Positions 50,102 through 64,000 of a stretch of DNA of 64,000 bases are shown here, piece after piece; the stretch's first letter is position 1; each line of letters starts with the position of its first letter. The notes under the pieces were generated by a model. The model searched no databases, had not been told where the DNA came from, and worked only from the letters and a program-made list of their open reading frames with translations. The DNA comes from Camelus dromedarius (Eukaryota). The stretch spans positions 86,120,001-86,184,000 of the forward strand of contig NC_087437.1 in NCBI RefSeq assembly GCF_036321535.1, read 5' to 3'. Both the position numbers and the translations under genes were made by a program.

Positions 50102-53100
50102 AAAAGGATTACAAAAGAATATTATGAACAACTCTACGCCCACAAATTTGACAACCTAGGTGAATTAACCAACACCTTGAAAGATACAATCTGCAGAAAC
50201 CCATAAGTAGAAGTAAAATAAATACACAATCAGAATAGGTCTATGTCTATTAAAGAAATTTGAATCAATAAATAACAACCTTTAACTCAGAGCATCCAGA
50301 CTAGATAGTTTCACTGGTGAATTCTATAAAATATGTAAGGAAGGAGTTGATATAATTTGTCTACAAACTCTTTCAGAATATAGAAGCAAAAGGAATACTT
50401 CTTAACTCATTCTATGAGGCCAGCACTGTCCCAATACCAAAACTAGATAAAGACTTTACAGGAAGAGAAACTATAGACCAATATCTCTCATGGAAATAGT
50501 CATAAATATCCTCAACAAAATATTAACAAATCAAATCCAACAATGCATAAAAAGAATTATACATTATAACCAAATTGGATTTACCTGAGGTATCAAGGCT
50601 GGTTCAACATTTGAAAGTCTATTAATGTATATTACCACATCAACAGACTAAAGAAGAAAAATCACAAAATTATATCAATATATGTAGAAAAAGCATTTAA
50701 CAAAATCCAATACCCATTCATAATACAGTCTCAGTACACTAGGAATAGAGGGAACCTTCCTTGACTTTACATAAAACAGCTACAAAAACATGGCACTTAA
50801 TGGTGAAAAACTCAAACTTTTCCAGCTAAGATCAGGAACAAGGCAAGAATGTCCATTCTCATTACTGCTTTTAGCACTGTACTGGAAATTCTAGCTATGT
50901 AATAAGATGAGAAAAGGAAATAAAATGTATACGTATTGAGAATGAAGAAATAAAACTGCCATTGCTCACAGATGACATGATGGTCTATGTAGAAAATCTA
51001 AAAGAATCTAAACTTCTGGAACCAGTAAGTGATTACAGCAAGGTTTCAGGATACAAGTCAAAGACTTTCCTATATACCAGCAATAAATAAGTGGAACTTA
51101 AAATTAAAAACACATTATCATTTTCATTAGCCCCCCTAAAAAGAAATACTTAGGTACGAATGTTTTTTAAATGTATAAGATCTTTATGAGAAAGACTACA
51201 AAACTCTGATGAAAGTTATCAAAGAACTAAATCAATGGAGAGAGGGTTCCATGTTCATTAACAGGAAGACTCAATATTGTTAAGATGTCAGTTCGTCTCA
51301 ACTTGACCTATAGATTTAACATAATCCAAATCAAAATCCCAACAAGTCATTTTATGAATATCAACAAATCAATTCTAAAGTTTGAATGGGGTGGCAAAAG
51401 ACTCAGAATAACCAATTCATTACTGAGGAAGAACAAAGTTGGAGGATTTACACTACTGGACATCAGGACTTACTGTAAAGCTACGGTAATCAAACCAGTG
51501 AAGTAATGTTGAAAAACTGAACAAGTAGATCAGTGAGACAGAATAGAGAGACCATAAACAGACCAAGATAAATACAGCCAACTGGTCTTTGATAAAGGAG
51601 CGAAGGGAATACAGTGTTTTCAGAATACAGTCTTTTCAGAATACAGTGTTGAAACGACTGGACATCTATATGCAAAAAAAAAAAAAAGCAGTCTAGGCAC
51701 AGACCTTAACACCCTTCACAAAATTAGCTCAACTAGGTATTATATACTTTAATCATGAAAACTTACATATTAGGGAGGCTTTCTACATAAGTAAGGGGAT
51801 TCATTTTTAATTCCTATATTTGATATTCTTTGTCCTTAATCTCTATAACAGGTAAATTTTTGCAATGAGAAAATGGATAACATGGCAGAGAGCAAGTTAC
51901 TAACCAACTAATTATGAAATTATGGGAAATTAGTTTTCCCAGCAACCCATTTCTTGAGATTTCTCTTACAATCTCAAAACATGTCGGGTGGATGACAAAA
52001 TTATGAGAAGCCCTTATATTTGAAACAACACAGGTATGCTGTCTTACATTGTTGGTCATTTTACAGCTTCCATCAGGAGAGGATAGGAAAGGTCTGTAGT
52101 ACTGATGCTTGAGTCCTTCCCATTCACAGTAACCCTGAGTGATGAACTAAGGAGTTAACTCAGGACCCCTGTACCCTCTACCTCGTGCTGCCTTCTGACT
52201 CAGTTATGTTCCTTAAGGATAAAGACCATGTCATTGCTTTCATTTTCTTTTCTTATGCTTTGTGGGATGCCTGGTATACAGCAGGAGCTCAATAAATACG
52301 ACAGCAATAAATTCTCCACATTTCACAGATGTGAAAGCTGAGGTTCAGAGAGGGGGAGAAGCTACTGCAAGTTGGAAAGGCCTGGTGACTTCAGCAGTCC
52401 CCAACCAACCTCCATGTTAAGGTATGCCCACATCCTGTTAGGCAACTTCCGATGAAGACTACCCAGATTTCTCATGTTCTTCAAATGAAAGGTGGCCCAA
52501 AGGGAGTGAAACCTAATTAATAGGATAATGTGACAAAATACCATTTACTGACAGTGATAGCATCCTGCTCAAATGAGTGATGAAATTTCTCACTGCTACT
52601 TCTCAAAGTTGCTAAAATGTGTAATTTTCTGTTCCTACATGATTAAAATCCCTTGAGATCCATTTATGCTTAATGTAATCTAAGAATAAAAATAAACATT
52701 GCTCCCCACCATGTGTGCTTTGCAGCATTTGCTCTTCAGGAGGATTATATAAGACATGTTTCAGAAGGTCTGGGTCAATTAAGAGAAAGCAACCTTAATT
52801 GTGATTATGGGTATTTAAACCAGGTGTGATTTCCTGGTTGTGTTTAGCCAAATCTCCTGCAGACCCTTTCCACATAGCACCTCTCAGTTCTGTCTGGCCT
52901 AGATAAACTGGAATACATTTCAGCTTTACAATGGCACAGCAAGCTTCCAATAGAATCTTGTCAGTGCAATTTCACACGATGGGTGGGCATATGAATTCTG
53001 CACATTAGGATAGACTCCTATTTACCAATGCAACAGGTTTTTTATTCTGAATTCATCTGAAGCCTCAAATGAGGTTACAGTGGTAAATATCACAGAGGAA

Positions 53101-53429
53101 AAAGTTAACAATAGCAGTCACGGCTCTCAGAATATCTTGGCTTTCTCCACCAAACCATTTAGGGGGGAAACTTGCTATACTGCACTCTATTTCTGCTGCT
53201 TACCCTCATGACAGCAATTTAAATTAGTAAGGATCTGATTCTTTTGGGGGGGAATTTTTTTTGTTTTTACTGCTTATAAATTAAGTACATAGGGGAGGCA
53301 GGATTAACTCTCATTTCTTACTTTATACATTTTATATTGTTTGAATTTTCAAATAACATGTACTACCTACTAATTTTATGCAATAATGAAATAATGGGCA
53401 TCATTCCAAATAAGTAAACACAAGCTACA

Positions 53430-53900
53430 CCTGCTTATTGTCTTTTTAAAATTCAGACAATACCAAAGTACATAAAATATAAAGCAATCCTACCATCTAA
53501 AGATGTCAGCTGAGAACATTAGAATGTACATATTTATTTACATTAATTTGTAAAAATACTTTTAACTTAACATAGTTATTACATATTTCTTTCTCTTAGT
53601 AGCACATAATGATCATATTTCCATATAAATTTATGAATCTCTGCACCATTACAACATTTTTAGTGGTCACAAAATATTCCATTATGGCCATGTGTTAAAT
53701 ATTTTTTAACCAATTCCCTAATAATATACAGTTAGTCTGCTTCCCATTCCTCAATATTATAAGCAATGCTTCATAAACATTTATGCACTTCTCTGCTAAT
53801 TCCTTAAGGAGGCTGAAGAAGATGTAGTTTTTCAGTCTCTTACTACATATTGCCAGAGTATCATGCAATAGGTTGAACCAGCACATATTCTTACCGACAG
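53430..53900 (-). mobile_element. Old L1 (L1ME-like) 3' region
   Basis: 'catatttccatataaat...aatattccattatgg...tttaaccaattcccta'. Confidence 0.65.
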
Positions 53901-54059
53901 TAGTAAAGTTGCCATCAATTTATAATGGCTCTCCTGCTTCCCCATAATCAAAAGAAAAAAAGGTCTAAATTTTAATTAAGGAAAACAGAAACTAGAAAAG
54001 CTAGAGTACTAACACCAGTAGCAACCTCAAATTCTTTTCCTTGATGGAAAAGAAGGAAC

Positions 54060-54270
54060 TAAGTACCATTTGCTTGAGTAACTGTAATGGACCAGTCACT
54101 ATGCAGAGTGCTTGGCAGAAGGACTCCATTCAGTCTTCAACAACAACCTTAGGAAATGGGGTAATATTATCTTCACATTACAGATAAAGCCACTGAGTTT
54201 CATGAAAGTTAAGCATCTTGACCAAGGTTACCTAGATAGTAAGTTTTGACCCTGGTGTGTGCAAGCAGAT
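54060..54270 (-). mobile_element. MIR SINE
   Basis: 'ttcaacaacaaccttagg...attacagataaagccactgag...aagttaagcatcttgaccaaggttacctag'. Confidence 0.75.
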
Positions 54271-57134
54271 TTGCTGACACCATGTTTTTCTTGCATTCAG
54301 GTTTTGATGTCCTCCACCAGATTCTCACCTGCTCACTATGTTAGTGACATATGACCTTGCTAGTTTCCCTGTAATGCAAGGTACTACTAGCCTCAGGTCT
54401 GGAAGAAATACCTGGTTCAAAATTTACATCTTTTACGGGAAAACACATAAAGCAATCATGGAGGAAAGGCAGTTTATTTTGTAACATTTCACGTTGTCTT
54501 CAACTCAGAGGGCATTCATACTCCACAAAACTTCTCAAAGTTTCAGACATAAAACTTTTCAAATAAGTTACAGAAAAGATATTTTCAGCTACACATTTTG
54601 CCTTAAACTTGAAAAAAATGAAAAACAACTTTAACTTACTAATGAGTATGTACCTTGAGAAATAAATGGCAGAGAAAAAGAAAAGGCAAAATGAGAGCTA
54701 AGAAAGCAATGCTGTACATCAGGGAATATGCACTTAAGAACAATAGTGACAACTTCTAATGTGTAACTCACATCCCACACACCCATATGAAAGGCAAAAT
54801 CTTAGACTTAGCTGTCAATTATAATATCTGTTCTCACATTTAGTGTTAACAAAACTGGAGCAGCAGGAGGGAAATGCACATAATTTTTGTTAGAAATAAA
54901 TAGATGACCTCATTTGTTCAACTTTTTAGATTCCCTTAGTTGACTACACTTTCAGATTTTTTTCATGTTGGAATTCAATCATAACGTCATCATTTTAAAA
55001 GGAGAATTATCCCCTTATAATACTCAATGCTGTATCATGTGAAGTACATAACATTACTTAAGTTTCCTGTAAAAATGATTACTCTCTAATCCTTAGCATT
55101 TGAATAAAGTAGGCGGAGCAACATAAAGATTTTGCACGTTTTTCCCAGGCTTTCCCCTGCCCCGACAATAAGGTAGCATTGACAAATCTCAAATCTTAAA
55201 TCAGGTGATTATGAATCCCTCTATCTTTCTTTATCGTAATAATATATTTCCTATTTTTCCTCCAGCATTGAAACCTGCTTTTAAAATACATGCAGTGCCC
55301 TAATTCTTATAGGAAATTCTGGAAACTCACAGAATGCTAATTTCGTTTTTTACTTCACAACTTCAATTTAAAAAATGGCAAAATTAAAGTCAGAAAAGAA
55401 ATAAACTAGAAAAATCCTAGCTGACTTACACTCGGAGGAGAGAAAGATTTTTTTTTCTTTTTCTGTGTGTACATATAAGACTAAAGAGAAAAATTTTGGA
55501 GCAGAAGTGATGCTGACATTCTCATCTCATCTGATAGATATTTGAAAAGCAAATCTTCATTCTTATTTATCTATGCTGTGGAAAATTGGTTTTAACCGGG
55601 CTCTCACAAAAGGCATCCTCCAGAATCCTGACACTGATGCACATAAGGTAGTTATCTTCAATCTGAGACCAAGTTAACACTGTCCCCCTCCCTGCTCCTC
55701 CCCATCACACACAGAGGGTATCTTTGGTGCCTTTCTCACAGAAAATCTCTGGAACATCCCATGGCACTCATCCTGCATTATCACAGCACTCATCTCAACT
55801 GAAGCACCTTCTATATAAAATCAATTGTTTCGATCACCTGAAAGAAATCTCATATAAACATATACTTGAATAATATGGCACTATTTTTACTGAGGAGCAG
55901 TTTTAGATTAAGCAATCTGCAGTATGGTGGTTAAAAGGAACAACATCCCTATAGATACAAGGCATTGGCATTCGTTGTGCACTATTAAAAGAAAAAAGAA
56001 GGTATGATTATACTATATATGATGAATCCAAACTTTAAAACTTGCAGATAAATTCTGTCTAATGTAATTTGCATTGGCCAGAAAGCACCCTTCAATTCTT
56101 CTTAGGCATACTGGGCACACAGCCTCACCCAGCATCCATATCTGCGGAAGAACTGTGTCAGAAAATCAGAATTCTGTTGTTGGAACACATAAGAGGAAGG
56201 ACACTTGTGCTCTCATTGGCAGACAGTGCTCATAAGAACTCTGAGAACTGAGGTCTCCAACTGACTCAATTTATGCAACTTTTATTTACGTAACAGAAAA
56301 CTCACAAAGAAAGAATAGGTGGCCTTCAGGCTATTCCTAAGTTACCCCAGGAGTAACACAACTCTTTATTTCTGCCGGGTAGGAAATCCACTTACTTATC
56401 CACAGAGAGGTTTTACTTTCCCTTTCACTTTTATTGACAGCAGCATGGGTCTTCTACTGAGATTCAGGCCTGGGGGCATTTTCAATTAGAGCAGACAGAA
56501 GCTTCTTAACATTCTTTCCCTATATTGATCCAAATGTCCTAAACCCTGGGTAGGACAACACAGAGACTGGAAGCTGGTGTTCATACACAATCTATATATG
56601 CACCCTTGCTGCATTAGGAAAATGCAGGATTGGAAGTCATAGAGATGGTATGCTTAAAATCATTTGGTTGCTTCTTCTGCTTCTTAGCTGGTTAATGATT
56701 GGTGTGTGCATGTGAGAAAACTACCCAAGGCTAGGGTAAGAATTACCTGAAAGTATTAGAGGGAGTGATAATTACATTAAATGTTAAGTAATCAAAAGAC
56801 ACAAAATAAAAGGCAAAAATTCTCAAAAACAAAAAAAACAATCATTTGGTTGCTTTCCAAACCATGAACATTCTACCTGTGAGCCAGACCTGACATTAAC
56901 CTTCAAAATGCATGTTAAGTCTTGTTCCTTGGGGGAGGATCAGAAGAGAAGGCTTAGGGACTTACTGATTCAGGAAGGAAAGAAGATCCAAGGTCTATGC
57001 CAGTTGGTCACCTCTTACAAGTAAGGTATATTTGAAATATTTCAAAGTTTCTATTCAATGTTTTATTTATTTTAAAAAAGGTAATTTCAAAGTGTCAATA
57101 CTATAAAAATATACTAATGAGCAAATATAAAAAG

Positions 57135-57365
57135 CAAACACATTACGGCTTACGTAATACTGGGCATTATTCTAAGTGCTTCACATATATTAAACTCCCT
57201 TAATCCTCACAACCCTATAAGGTGAGTATCACTGTTATCATACTATTTATAGATTAGGGAACTGAGAGGTTAAGTAACTTACTCAAGGTCACACAGCTAG
57301 TAAAATAGTGGTAGAGCCTGGTCCATACCCAGGCATTCTAGCTCCAAAGTTCATACTCTTAACAA
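57135..57365 (-). mobile_element. MIR SINE (well preserved)
   Basis: 'ttctaagtgcttcacatatatt...taatcctcacaaccctataagg...gaactgagaggttaagtaacttactcaaggtcacacagctagtaa'. Confidence 0.9.
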
Positions 57366-58482
57366 TCTCTTTCAGTTTCCAAAAAACAATTAATGTTATC
57401 TTTCTTTTAAATCTGCATACAGAGATGTAACTTGACTTATTCTCAGTAACCTAATCCCTCCCTCTCTCCATCTCCAAGTTCTGACTAGGTTTATCATAAA
57501 GGTACATACATGATTTTGAATATAGCATAAAGTTCTTTGAAATTCCCAAATAAATGCAAATAAAGTTTGGAACCAATATTTGATGCACTAGCAAGCTGTG
57601 CCAAAGCAATTTTCATCACTACAAAAGGCAAGTTTCGATGGCTCAATGATTTTGTTTATTTATTTGCTCCATTATCTATTTATAATGTCTAGAGCATATG
57701 ATCTTTTGGGTTAAAATTACAGATGGAAAGTCTCATAGAGAAGTGGAGAAACGAATAGATGGCATGATTCCAGGAAAGGCCAGGAATCTTAGTAGTTTTC
57801 TGCATAGCGGTTTAAGGTAAAATTCACATCAGAACTAAAGCAGGCTACCTGTTGTCTGGGTTAGAGTTTACAGGAAAAAGCATCAAGCATCACCTATAAG
57901 CACATCATCCCTGACTCCAGGGATGTTCCCACACCCTCTAATTGGTGCCATTCTGTGCTAATCAATACATTACAAGCACCTAACAGGCACTCCTGCAAAT
58001 TCTAGGGAAACAAGTCACACCGCAGAAAGCACTGCAGCCCTGAATATTCATACCCAAGTGCAAATGTTAATTCATGCAGCGCTTGCGTTAAACTGGTCTA
58101 ATTATCTACTGAAGGAATCTATTAAAGGCATGCTGTCAATCCTACAGATTGGGTTCAGCAAAGTGAAACTGAATTGCGTGTCTTTGCAGCTAATTACAAA
58201 ATTCCACCTGACATGCTTTAAGAATGGTCCAAAAAAAGTACGCATGGCCAGCATACAGCTCCTCAACACACATTGTATCTCAACTTGTCAGTGAAGAAAA
58301 TACAGGACGGACATGATGATACAGGAAGAGAAGCACAGCCTAAAAGACCATGTACCTTTCCGTTACGTCTCTCATGGTCCCACAGGAATGCGGCATGCTA
58401 CAAATAACCAGATGTTTTAAAAAAACTCAAGCTACAAATCGGTTTTTCATTGCATAGTTCAAGAAAATAACCAATAGCTTTT

Positions 58483-58813
58483 TAAAAAAAAATTTTATTC
58501 AGTTATAGTCATTTTACAATACTGTGTCAAATTCCATTGTTGGGTACAATTTTTCAGTTATACATGAACATACATATATTCATTGTCACATTTTTTTCAC
58601 TGTGAGCTACCACAAGATCTTGTATGTATTTCCCTGTGCTATACAGTATAATCTTGTTTATCTATTCTGCATATGCCTCTCAGTATCTACAAATTTTGGA
58701 CTCCCAGTCTGTCCCTTCCCATCCTCCTCCCCCCGGCAACCACAAGTTTGTATTCTGTCTATGAGTCTGTTTCTGTTTTGTATTTATGTTCTTTTTTTTT
58801 TTTTTAAGATTCC
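58483..58813 (-). mobile_element. Lineage-specific (camelid-type) L1 3' fragment with TSD
   Basis: 'ttatagtcattttacaatactgtgtcaaattcc...cactgtgagctaccacaagatcttg...ttccctgtgctatacagta'; TSD accaatagc(t/c)ttt at 58470-58482 and 58814-58826. Confidence 0.9.
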
Positions 58814-59499
58814 ACCAATAGCCTTTAAAGACTTAGAGATATTCCTCAATGGCTATGTTTGGTATTCTTATACATTTAGCCAAAAAAAAAAATTTGTCTA
58901 AAGAATTCTTTTTTTCCTTTTGTCTCTTATATTAAGCTAAAAATCAAGAGGAAAGTAGGATTCTTCCCTTCTGCTTTCCCCACTTTTTCTAGCTTCACTG
59001 GATCTCAAGTTTCTCCAAACTCATCCCACACTCAGATAGCAATGAGTAGATCCTATAAGGAGGACAGAGGAAGCAGTTTGCAATATAGCATGTAGACAAC
59101 ATTCTAAAATGTTTTGTGGGGTGGGACCAACCTGCTGCCAAAATCAGACATTCTTCCCTTCTACCTGGGAATGTTTGCTATCAGCAGTTTCTATACCCTC
59201 CTGACATACCCACACCATGGGTTTTATACTATCTACACCTATATTTAAAACAGATATAAAAACTCAAGTTCAAAATAATAACCTTGAGCCACCAAACAGG
59301 CTGATGCAACATGAGCACACCATTACAGAAGGCATGTAGCGTTTAAGGGGATTTTACAGCTATTACTCTCAATGACAGATAAAGGCTTGTCGGTTAAGTT
59401 ATTCAGAAAACTTGCTATATAACAATTCATATCCTATTCCTCTTTCTCTCATGACACATGTCTGAAAATATCAGCAAATCCCATTGGTTCTCTCCTGAT

Positions 59500-59720
59500 T
59501 TACTTTACATTCTAGCACTTAGCATCTGATCAATTTGCTTTTTCTTTTCTCCCAACTAAACATACAAACTCTAAGAGATCAAAAAAAAGTTTTTATGTCC
59601 ACTGTTCTATCCCCAGTGCTTAGAACAGCACCTCAAACATTGCAGCTGCTCAATAAACATTTATTAAGTAAGTGAATGAATAAATATTTATTAAATAAAT
59701 GAATGGCATGAGTGAATGTG
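59500..59720 (+). mobile_element. L2 3' end
   Basis: 'cactgttctatccccagtgcttagaacagcacct...gctcaataaacatttattaagtaagtgaatgaa'. Confidence 0.8.
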
Positions 59721-61925
59721 GTTGTGGATAACTGAACTATAAAGGGAAATCTATTTCATCACCTGTTTTCAGATCTTTACCCCAATTCTTGACCCTACTT
59801 CCTAAGGGTGCTCAGCTTGACTCAATATTATTTCACTAAAGTTGAAAAATTTTTTATAGGAATTAGTAAATATGTTAATATGTGAAGTACAAAAGCAGTT
59901 TTGCCTCGTTTTTGATGTATATTCTTTTCTCCTCCCTCTGAGATCATAATATACCCACAGATATTATGTGATGTGAGCAGCCATACTTAGCAACGCTGTC
60001 CTGAAGCTCAAGTATTTAATGGTCTCATTTCTGCCAGGAGATGACACACTGGTAAGTAGTCATAAATTACAGGCTGATTAAAAAATACGTGCACACATAT
60101 TAAAATCTGTGTGTTGTCTAACACTAAACTTATTAACTTTAGCCTGCATTCCTGAATGTTGATGTGAATTAGTGCCAAGAGGCCTGTAAGGATGAAGAAA
60201 AAAGAGCAGGAAGGTAAATAAAGAGGAGAAACATAGTTAAGAAAACTGCAGCAAAAAGTAGGAACAAAATAACACTAAATCTGTAGCAGGGAGGTAAATC
60301 AGAGCCTCTTTAAATTGTAATGAAAAAATGCAGAAATGCAGTATCAGAAGTTAAATAAGGTCATTCATAAGAGAATATCTGTAGCATATTTCCAACCTAC
60401 TGTGGGAGTAAAATTCATGAATAATATTAAAGGTATTTACATGATCCACTGTTCTCCTGAATAGTGTTTGCCTAATGTAATAAGATCTGGATTGCTTGAG
60501 CAAAATACAAATTTGGGGTTGTACACCTAAACCTGACTGCCCATTCTATTAAAATAGAAGATGAACTTTTTTAATACAATAGTTTACATCAATATTATCA
60601 CTTTATCCCATTTATATTATAGATTATCATAATTAAACTAATACTCTAATAATTATACTATACTACCCATGATAGAGAGTCTAATCTCCTTTTTGAATAT
60701 AACTTGGTGTTGGTTCATTTAAAACAAAGTCTTCAAATTTAATTTAAACAATTCCAATCTTCCTTTATAAAGTAAATAGAATATGAGAAAATACAGCCTA
60801 TCTAAAAGAACAAAAGAATATTCTTTAATAAACTGAGATATAACTAACAACTACTCATCTCTCCAATTTTTCTAAAATTACATTTTTTAAAACACACATC
60901 TATCTCATCTCCTTCCAACTCTTCAAAGTTGACAGAATTACATTTACAAATGCAAAAAGCAAATACAGCTAAAAAGCTTTCCTCTCTTTTCTCTCTCTCT
61001 CTTTTTTTTTAATCTTCTCTCAGTGTGTATATTTATATAAAATATCTGTGGGGAGAAAATGAGAAAAAAACTCCTTATTAATATCAGAGTTTTCTAGCAG
61101 TAACATCTCTCTCAAATTCTAAGTGAAGACAGCTCGTCTTTATAATTCACCTGTATTTTATCTTTTAACCTGGATCTCATCTCCAGATAGACCCTCATGA
61201 GAGTACTTTAGATGCTTTTCCTGAAAGGTTTGTTTCACCCTTTATTAGCATCCTTGGTTCACCCTAGGCAAGTGTTTGATAGATTTTTTTTGCCACCCCA
61301 TCCCACTTCCCTCTTCCCCCAAGCACAGGATTATATGGGTCAGCTCTACCTATTTTAACTTGACTGTGGCCTCTCTGCTTCCCTTCCTAGTAGCTTTGTT
61401 TTTGTTTTGTTGTTGTTCTTTAGCCAGCATTTTAACTATCTGAAGAAATCAATCCTTACCTCGTCTCAGAAGCACCAGATGACTGTTAGTGACTCAAGCT
61501 TAATGTATTTTAGCATTTTTCCCCATTAAACAGGGAAGTGTATTGGCTATCCAAACAATAAAGGGGAAACACTTTGAGTTAGTGTTTTCATGTTCCTTTC
61601 AAGCCAAGTAGGTGTGAAAGGACATCTCAGCATGACATTCCTCAGCTCTTTATTGCAGATTCATATAATTGATGCAGCAAATATTTTTGATAGTCTGTTT
61701 TGTAGGATGTGCTGTGCTATGTGCCATGGAGATGATGAGATAAATCAGTATGTTCCTTGTCCTCAAGGAGCTCACAAAAACCTAAGGGTTTTCCTTCTAG
61801 TTTTATGCATCACAGTAAGTTACAAAATATATGCAGAAATAAGATAATTGTATAAAATAATTAGCAAGCAAAGATCTCTGTACAAGTATTCACTCTATCA
61901 GATGCTGAATCTGCAGAGAAAGAAA

Positions 61926-62485
61926 TAGTGGTAGATTGATTGCCATAATGTTCCCAGTTCCTCATCCTCTATTCATGCAATGTGACCAACTCCTCCCTTT
62001 CAAAGATAGAACCAGTTTCACTACCCCTTGAATCTGGACTAGCCTTATAACTTGCTTTGATCAACAGGAAGTGCCAGAAGAGTCCATGTGCTAGTTCTGA
62101 GCTTAGGTTTCAAGAGACTTTGATCTTTTCTATTCCCACCCTTGGAACCTTGCCACCAGTAAGTGAACAAGCTCAAACTAGATGGCTGGGTGGTAAGATA
62201 TATCTGACCCAGTCACCTCCATCACCCCAACCAGCAAATAGCACACAGCCAGACATGAATAAGGCTATTCTAGATGAGGCAGCCTCCAGCTGATCTGTCA
62301 GATTTCCACAGATGGGTGAGCTAGCCCAGCTGAGATCAGCTGAGCTTGATCTGGATCAGCAGAACTGTCCAGCTGACTCATAGACTAATGAGCAATAATA
62401 CAAGTTTACTCCTTTGAGCCATTGAGCTTGGGATGGTTTATTGCAACTGTAATGATATATTGCTGTGGTGACACATAGCTGATAT
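61926..62485 (+). mobile_element. MLT1F/G-like MaLR solo LTR
   Basis: 'ccccttgaatctggactagccttataacttgctttgatcaacagga' through 'gatcagcagaactgtccagctgac...tgagccattgagcttgggatggttt'. Confidence 0.85.
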
Positions 62486-62609
62486 AGGGTAGTGAATAAA
62501 GCATCTGCAAATGCATGGGGAACCATGGCTTTCTCTACTAGCAACATGCTACTGCATCTATTTAACTTAAGCTGTATGTATTTCAATGTTAAAAATAGAA
62601 TAAATGAAA

Positions 62610-63960
62610 CTTCATGAAAAGAAATGTAAGTTCCACAAGAGCATGGATTTTTTTTTCCCCTATCTTGTTCACTGATATGGCCCAGGCAACAAGAAGAGTG
62701 ACTGGAACAAAGCAGATGCTCAAATTTTGAGTTGGTGGTGAAAAAATAAATACATTTAACCAAACATGTATTTGATTCTCTCTGAATCCAGAGTTAAAGC
62801 CTCACAAATGGCATTTAAATGGATTTCAAGGAAGTGAGTAGAGTCCAGGAGGAAATTAGAAGAACACCATAGTGATGCTCCAGATACGTTACAGTGAGAT
62901 CTTAAACTGGGGTGGTGACAGTAGGAGCAGAAGAGGAAGGACAGACCAATGTGGCCCCACTAAATGGGCTGAGCTTGCCCCAAAAATGTGTGTAGTAACT
63001 CATTCTCTAGAATTCTTTCATCTGTTCGTTTCAAAATATCAATGAAAATGTGATAGAGTCTCTAACTTCAAGTATTCACAGTCTAATGATGAAAACATTT
63101 TGGCCACCTCTTCTCTGTGTTACAACCCACGTGGGTAGAGCTTCGACAAAGGTAAATACAGACAGGGCGTGGGGATGCAGCAGGGAAGTTTTCCTGGAAA
63201 AAGGTGATCTGTGACTGAAGCTAAAAGAAATACCCAGATAAAGGATCAGGTGAAAGATGTGTCAGGGAGAAGAAAGCAGTAAACATAAAGATGTGAGGCA
63301 AAAGAGAGCAAGTCCTAGGAATTGTAAATAATTTAGTCTAGCTGGAGTAAACCTTCAGAGAAGAAGTGAGACAAAAGAAGTAATCAGAAATTAGTCCTTA
63401 TTGTAGGCTGTGGTAACCTTTCAGATTCACTGTTAAGCTATGAGGAAACACTGAGAGTTTTAAGCAAAGCAGTGACATAATGAGGTTTAGAATTTAGAAA
63501 GGTCCTCCTGAATGTACTGTGGTGGTGATATGAAGAGGAGCAAGAATGACTGATGTCAAGGAGAACATGCAGGAAACTGCTACAGTGGTCCCAGTGATAC
63601 ATGGTGGGTGACAGAATGGATGTGGTAGCACTGGAGATGATGTACGTAAATAGATTTGACATTTTGGGAAGAAAATATAAGGGAGTAAGGAGTAGATAAG
63701 TAACATTCTGACTTTGGCAACTTGTGGGTGGAAGTGCCAAACATAAAAGGAAAAGATAGAGGAGGCTCCCCAGGCCTTCTCAAAGAGCCTTGGTGACTGC
63801 CTCCCAAATTTCAGAGACTGGAATTAAAACCTTTCCTGGGAAAAAATAAAAGGAGGGGTAACATAGTAAATTCACTCTTTGACATGCTATGTTTGAGATC
63901 ATTTGAATCCTAAGTAGATGTGCAAAGAGAAGACATCAATTTATTTAGCATTTTGTCTAG
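62610..63960. mobile_element. Cluster of L2 fragments
   Basis: Plus-strand tail at about 62615-62730 ('gtaagttccacaagagc...tcttgttcactgatat'); antisense body 'gagttttaagcaaagcagtgacataatgaggtttagaatttagaaagg'. Confidence 0.7.
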
Positions 63961-64000
63961 TCCTGCAGAGTGCCAGACTGACCCACAATAAGTGATCAAC

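Larger units (their letters stand above)
48510..51735 (+). mobile_element. Old L1 (L1MD/L1M4-like): 5'-end segment joined to decayed ORF2
   Basis: 48510-49140 resembles an old L1 5' end. 49150-51735 is unmistakable ORF2 (e.g. 'tcattctatgaggccagca', 'caaggctggttcaacatt', RT 'cacagatgacatgatggtctatgtagaaaatc') with frameshifts and stops. Confidence 0.9.

Noticed and set aside
51285..51506. ORF with L1 ORF2p similarity
   Set aside because: Residual frame in a heavily disrupted old L1; not a functional gene.
51607..51650. 16-bp tandem repeat gaatacagt(g/c)ttttca, about 2.7 copies
   Set aside because: Local slippage within dead L1; no spacers, so not CRISPR-like.
59940..60057. Plus-strand donor CTG|gtaagt with upstream acceptors
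   Set aside because: Candidate exons have stops in all frames or are only 14 nt; such sites are common by chance.

Overview
This is AT-rich, CpG-depleted mammalian nuclear DNA. It is most likely camelid (alpaca/camel), judged from a tRNA-derived SINE at 23.3 kb and three L1 3'-end insertions of camelid type. I find no credible protein-coding exon, RNA gene or CRISPR-like structure. The ORF track is explained by chance, microsatellites and decayed retroelements, so the window looks intronic or intergenic. Roughly half of it is recognisable interspersed repeat: L2, MIR, MaLR/ERVL/ERV1 solo LTRs, hAT MITEs, old L1s and a HAL1-like element. Several insertions are nested, with target-site duplications (TSDs) still readable. 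Repeat family names come from my recollection of consensus sequences, not from a search, and boundaries without a TSD are approximate. The most intriguing lead is a 66-nt, frame-preserving, minus-strand exon candidate (30980-31045) that coincides with an ancient AmnSINE/L2-type 3' tail inside a repeat-poor block. I cannot support a claim of a new biological system from this sequence.
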